Assembly (NCBI RefSeq): GCF_011745625.1
Contig: NW_027191454.1
Span: forward strand, 868,001-932,000
Direction: 5' to 3'
Length of the DNA: 64,000 nt
From: Cladosporium halotolerans
Lineage: Eukaryota
Below the pieces are notes generated by a model. That model did no database searches. It worked only from the letters and a program-made list of their open reading frames with translations, and was not told where the DNA came from. Below are positions 59,483 to 64,000 of this stretch, piece by piece; within the stretch, counting starts at the first letter, position 1, and the number at the start of each line of letters is the position of its first letter. Position numbers and translations under genes: made by a program.

Positions 59483-61019
59483 TGTGTCGGTGGCGGTGAA
59501 GCGGAGTTTTGGTTTGAAATCGCAATAAGCGTGGATTTTTCAAGTGGATGAGCGCGTGAATATGTCTATCGCGTCGGCGCAAGAACGGTGACTCCGGTCA
59601 ATGCGGGTCGAGTGATGTGTTGAGACGAAAAGTGATGAGCCGGCTCGGAGAGTTTGCAAACAACACGATCTCTGCTAGTGCACCGCTTTTTCCTTCGCCG
59701 TGTTGACGAGGTTTACCCACGCCTGCCGGGTGTTTTCCTCTGTCGCGAATGATCTCAATCGACCCCCGGTCAATGAGGACGTGCACTAGAAGCGTCGAAG
59801 GATCGTAGAATCGTGGGGTAGTGAATGTGTGGAAGTGTTGATATGTGTAGGTATGGTTGCTCAGGTAATGAGTGGACGTCGCGAACCGCGAAGCTGCAAG
59901 TCGAAAGTATGCTGAAAGGTGCAAGGGAGAATCGTGTCGAGGGAAGAATAGCAACGTATGCGTGCGCGAAGACCGGCCTCGCGTGTTGGCGCCGTTGCGA
60001 GGATCAGGAGGCTCTCGAGGGTCACAGCTCGCGATGATCAATGGTCAGGAGGCGTAACGGCGACGATCCCCAGGACAGGCGAAAATGCGATTTTTGCCAC
60101 GAGCACGAGAGGGCAGCGATTCATCAAACGGAGAGAGAAGGCGAGGGCGTTTACACATGATCAATACCGCCAACGACCCGACAGCACGAGTGTGACACGG
60201 CAAACCCCCACAAACGCAAGCATTGCGATGCCTGTCACGTCTTCGTCGCGACCAAGACTCCTTGTTTCAGATGGCTGATAGCGCAGGGATGTTTGGCGCT
60301 AGCCAGCGCGCGGCCAATCGACTGGCTGCGGCGAAAGCTTAGACGTCCGCTAGAGCGCAGGCGGACGTGGGCGGTTCGCTGGTATAAGCGCAGATCCATC
60401 TGTCATTTGTGCAAGCCTTACGGTGTGTGCTCTCCCACACGCGCCCGCACGCAAGGCATCAGGCGCTGTGCAGACCGCAGGCAGGTTTCGACGTGGCAGC
60501 TGGTGCGGTGTGGCTGCTATGTGCGGGCTCGTGAAACGGCCACGGGGAGATGCGACAGCCCGCCCAAACGTAAACGCGCTCCAGAGGCCTATACTTGGAG
60601 TACCAATTGCCGCGCTATGGGCTGCTAAAACATTTGCTTACTCCGACGATGCCGGACGGAGCTCCAGCAACAGCCCTATCCCGGATGTCCGAGGCTACCC
60701 GTCCACGTGTGAGGAATTTTGATGTGACCTCAAGGCCCCTCGTGCTTAGCACATGGACCGAGTCCAACCCGAACGCTCGGGGACCATGGTGGACGAAATC
60801 CTGACAAGGGTAACGTCACGCTGCCCAAAGATCTACCACATGACGAGAAGTTAGATTCCCTTTATGAATTTGATAATCCTCTCTAGTGATACGATCGTAT
60901 GAGCACTGAATCGCAGTGTCATGATACACGGGTGACATTCAGAAAGCTTCACCCTGGTCGCCAGGATTGCTAAGCCCTCCCTTTACATAGAGCAATCCCC
61001 ATCCCACGCAAACACGAGC

Positions 61020-62783
61020 CTAGTGCCTCTCCTGGAAATACCACGGCTCGCGATCCTCATACTCGATCCCAGGGTACATGAACGGCGGCTCGACGACATC
61101 CTTGAACACCTCCATCCCGACGACGCCGCCGCTCTCACCCTCCTCAGCAGCCACGCCCTCCGTGCTGACAGGCAGCAAAACCCCACACTCCCAATTTCTG
61201 CAATTGACCTTCCACTGCTTCTCCTTTCGATCATAGACAAGCTTGCCCCACGCAGACTCGGACATGTTCGCCGAGCCGACGTAAGCCCAAGCGACCCGCC
61301 GATCGGGCGTCGTCTCGTCCCCTTCTTTGACGTCTCCCTTCTGGACGCCACGAGCGTACAAGATCTTGTTGTGGCTCAGCAGGCCCACGCGTGTGGAGAC
61401 GTAGTCTCTGAAGCAGCGGCGCGGGAACTGCATGCCCTCGAACCATTTGCGCGAGAGACAGATCGTGCCGGCCGCGCCGGCTTTGGATGATGTGACGGTC
61501 TCGTGCGTGGGGAAGTAGAGGCGTATTTTGTCGCGGATGTTGTGGATTGCCGAAGCGGGTTGTTTCCCTTGTTGGAAGAAGCTGGCTTTGGCGTTTGCTG
61601 CGGCGGCGGCTGCGCGCTTGATCACGTCCGTTCCGCTTGCAGCAGCGTGGACGTCTCGAAGGTAATCGTCATTGAGAGAGCCCATTGAGGACGCGGCGAA
61701 GTCGACTTGAAGATTGATGGTTGCTAGGTCGTGTTGACGGACGGCATGAGATAGGCCTGGGAGACCTGTGCGCTCGGCGTCGGGCCCGTAGTTCATTCCG
61801 CCAACGGTGTGGACGAAGGCGATGTCTTTGGTTGCGGAGAAGTCAAAGTTTAGAACGCCATCTCGGGCGTCTTGAGGGAGGCCCTGTTTCTCAACGAAGT
61901 GTAGAAGTTCTTTGCCGAAATCTGTCATGTCTGTCATGGAGGTCTTGCGATTGTTGGGCAGCCGTGGCAGATCGATAAGCCAGACACTGTTTTCCATCAT
62001 TCCGCTCTCGCCCCAGTCGAAGTCCAACAGGTTGGCCGTGGGAATGGCCACACGTAGCTTCTCCGGATGAAACAGCAACATGAGCTTAGAATGCATGCAA
62101 TTGATATTACCCGCCATAGAGGGGAAGCACAGGCGCAGAGACTTGCGCATATGCTCTGTCTGCTTCAGCATTTCGTCTTTCAAAGACTGCTCTTTCGCCT
62201 GCATTACAAAGATTAACTTCGTCTGATCCATCTTCAACTTCCGAAACAGCCACTCGGTGTCCCACTGGAACGCAGACAGCACAGCCGTCTTGAGCGTTTG
62301 TGGTTCGAGGACTTCTTCCAGTTTGATGTCTTTGCCGTTGCGCTCGTGACCAAAGGCCCACGTCTTCTTCACAACGCCTCTAGGATATTGCACGCTGCCG
62401 GGTTTTGCTTGAGTCGTTTGCGACGCGGGTGGCGTGGTTAAATGTCCGTTTGCCGGGCCGGCAGTTGGGACAGCTCGCATGCTTTCATTAGCAGCTCGAG
62501 CAATCGGTGTCTTTCGCGTCTTCTGGTCGTTTTGTATGGTCGTTGCGAAAGAAGTAAGCTTAGCTCCACTTGGCAGCTCGACAGTAGAGGCATCCAGTTT
62601 GGGTGCTTTCCGAGCCTCACGTCTGGCTGGAGGCGAGATGGAACGCTCGCGTTTGTTGTTGCCCATGCGTTGACGTTGACGTGCTTCACGCTCACGTGCT
62701 AAGGCTGCAAAGTCGACGGCGGGTTTTGAATGTTCTGGTTCCGTTACGGGCGTTTGTGATTTGTTTGTTTGGGAGGACGACAT
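61020..62783 (-). CDS. Tyrosyl-DNA phosphodiesterase (TDP1-like, PLD superfamily)
   Basis: Two HxK motifs (CMHSKLMLL, LSHNKILY), LRVAIPTANL, AYVGSANMSESAWG, RNWECGVLLP; start at ACCATG is tentative. Confidence 0.9.
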   Translation of the reverse strand: MSSSQTNKSQTPVTEPEHSKPAVDFAALAREREARQRQRMGNNKRERSISPPARREARKAPKLDASTVELPSGAKLTSFATTIQNDQKTRKTPIARAANESMRAVPTAGPANGHLTTPPASQTTQAKPGSVQYPRGVVKKTWAFGHERNGKDIKLEEVLEPQTLKTAVLSAFQWDTEWLFRKLKMDQTKLIFVMQAKEQSLKDEMLKQTEHMRKSLRLCFPSMAGNINCMHSKLMLLFHPEKLRVAIPTANLLDFDWGESGMMENSVWLIDLPRLPNNRKTSMTDMTDFGKELLHFVEKQGLPQDARDGVLNFDFSATKDIAFVHTVGGMNYGPDAERTGLPGLSHAVRQHDLATINLQVDFAASSMGSLNDDYLRDVHAAASGTDVIKRAAAAAANAKASFFQQGKQPASAIHNIRDKIRLYFPTHETVTSSKAGAAGTICLSRKWFEGMQFPRRCFRDYVSTRVGLLSHNKILYARGVQKGDVKEGDETTPDRRVAWAYVGSANMSESAWGKLVYDRKEKQWKVNCRNWECGVLLPVSTEGVAAEEGESGGVVGMEVFKDVVEPPFMYPGIEYEDREPWYFQERH

Positions 62784-63371
62784 GGTTGAAAAATTGACAA
62801 GTCGTTTGCCTGGAGAACGCCGGGTGATACCGCACACGCAAGGCCGATTCGGAAATTTTTCACGCTGACGGTGTAGAAGTCGACCTTTTACGACATGGTT
62901 GATGTTTATCGGCGAAGTGAAGGAGCGATGCGTGCAAGGCAACAGCTGCGGCTTTGATGCCTGAGGCTTGTGGACAAACGCGCCGGCGAGCCGCACGATG
63001 ATAGAGGGCGACGGTCTTTTGATCGTGAGTCCAACTTTTGGCCGCATGAAGATGTCAAAAGTAAAGCTGGTTTCGGACCAAAACGGCTTGTCGATCGCTA
63101 GACCCTTGCATAGAGAGTGTTGTTGCAGGAGGAGTTGGTGCCGCTTGAGAGGTTGCATGGGGGTTGTTCTTGAACTGACCAATCAGCAGCGACAGGCGCT
63201 CAAGGACTCCACAGCGTTCCTTCATCCTGCAAGTGAATGCATTTCCTTCGATTCAACCCCCCATGCTGCCTAATACACATTAAAGGACTACAGCTTCAAT
63301 TGACCTAGGCCACTGAGGTTGTACATCCTCTTAGAACTCGAACACACAGGCTCCGTCTGGCCATCATCACC

Positions 63372-64000
63372 ATGCAATCACCCAGCTATGCAACCTCCCA
63401 TTCTCGCTGGATTGCCCTCTCGAAGCGTGACCCAGCCGCTCACTGCTCGTTCCTTTACGGGGTCAAGTCGACCAAGATCTATTGTCGGCCGACGTGCACA
63501 GCACGCCTTGCCAGAAGAGCAAATGTGGTCTTCTACGATACCACAGATGATGCTCGGCGCGATGGCTTCCGATCCTGTCAACGCTGTAAGCCAGATGATG
63601 TGGCTTTCGTTGGGCAGCGAGAGGAGACGGCCATGAGTGCTCTGAACTTTATGCGAACCGAGAAAGGCCACGCAGACACTACAAGCGGCCTCAAGGACCT
63701 CGCGAAGCAAGTCGGCGTTACTCCTAGCTACCTCTGCCGTGCGTTCAAACAAACCATGGGGACCACGGTTGGAGAGTATATGAGGCAATTTGAGATTAAC
63801 TCCAGTCGAGAAACACCATTGGAGCCATCAATCACTTCCACTACAAATACCCCGGATTCACTGACAACATCTCCCGATCCCTCCGCTGCAGGGAGTTCGT
63901 CGCGACATTCTATCGTCTCTCCCACATGCAGGCCCATGTCGCCAGTTAACGCCAACTTCAATCTAGTCATACTCGATGATGAGGCACTCAGAGCCGATTC
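63372..64000 (+). CDS. Ada-like (AdaA / methylphosphotriester methyltransferase-type) Zn-binding protein with AraC-like HTH; runs off the window end
   Basis: Absent from the ORF track (no stop codon in the window). MQSPSYATSHSRWIALSKRDP...YGVKSTKIYCRPTC...ANVVFY...GFRSCQRCKP has all four Ada Zn-binding Cys; LKDLAKQVGVTPSYLCRAFKQTMG is the HTH. Confidence 0.92.
   Translation, partial: MQSPSYATSHSRWIALSKRDPAAHCSFLYGVKSTKIYCRPTCTARLARRANVVFYDTTDDARRDGFRSCQRCKPDDVAFVGQREETAMSALNFMRTEKGHADTTSGLKDLAKQVGVTPSYLCRAFKQTMGTTVGEYMRQFEINSSRETPLEPSITSTTNTPDSLTTSPDPSAAGSSSRHSIVSPTCRPMSPVNANFNLVILDDEALRAD

Noticed and set aside
62784..63182. 133-aa N-terminal extension of the TDP1-like ORF
   Set aside because: Begins at a non-ATG codon and looks non-coding; ACCATG at 62783 is the better start.
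1..64000. CRISPR arrays, tRNA, rRNA or prokaryotic defence systems
   Set aside because: Eukaryotic intron-containing DNA; no repeat-spacer array, cloverleaf or rRNA sequence was recognised.

Overview
Eukaryotic, gene-dense region of a filamentous ascomycete (inferred from short GT-AG introns with CTRAC branch sites, a Zn2Cys6 factor and a SamB homolog). About 27 protein genes can be modelled by hand; most ORF-track entries are antisense or frame shadows in GC-rich DNA. Recognisable genes: a DUF2461 family gene, TYW3, signal peptide peptidase, Mpv17/PMP22, CKS1, a Zn2Cys6 TF, two SDRs, an FMP10-like thioesterase, Rab escort protein MRS6 (hosting a box C/D snoRNA like snR62/U34), a GNA1-like GNAT, a RING protein, a small secreted Cys-rich protein, a CofD/UPF0052 protein, a 2OG-Fe(II) oxygenase, CorA, SamB/MUB1, ENP1, BRE2, a rhomboid, an external NADH dehydrogenase, a GPI protein, a TDP1-like gene and an Ada-like gene. 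The standout anomaly is the DUF2461 gene (5652-9567, minus). Four of its seven introns are 326, 385, 1268 and 343 nt, whereas most other introns here are about 50-100 nt, and all four are packed with nested helices. This suggests an undescribed intronic or antisense structured RNA, or an RNA-structure-controlled splicing system. No tRNA, rRNA, transposon or CRISPR was recognised. All calls come from reading the sequence; no searches or folding programs were run.
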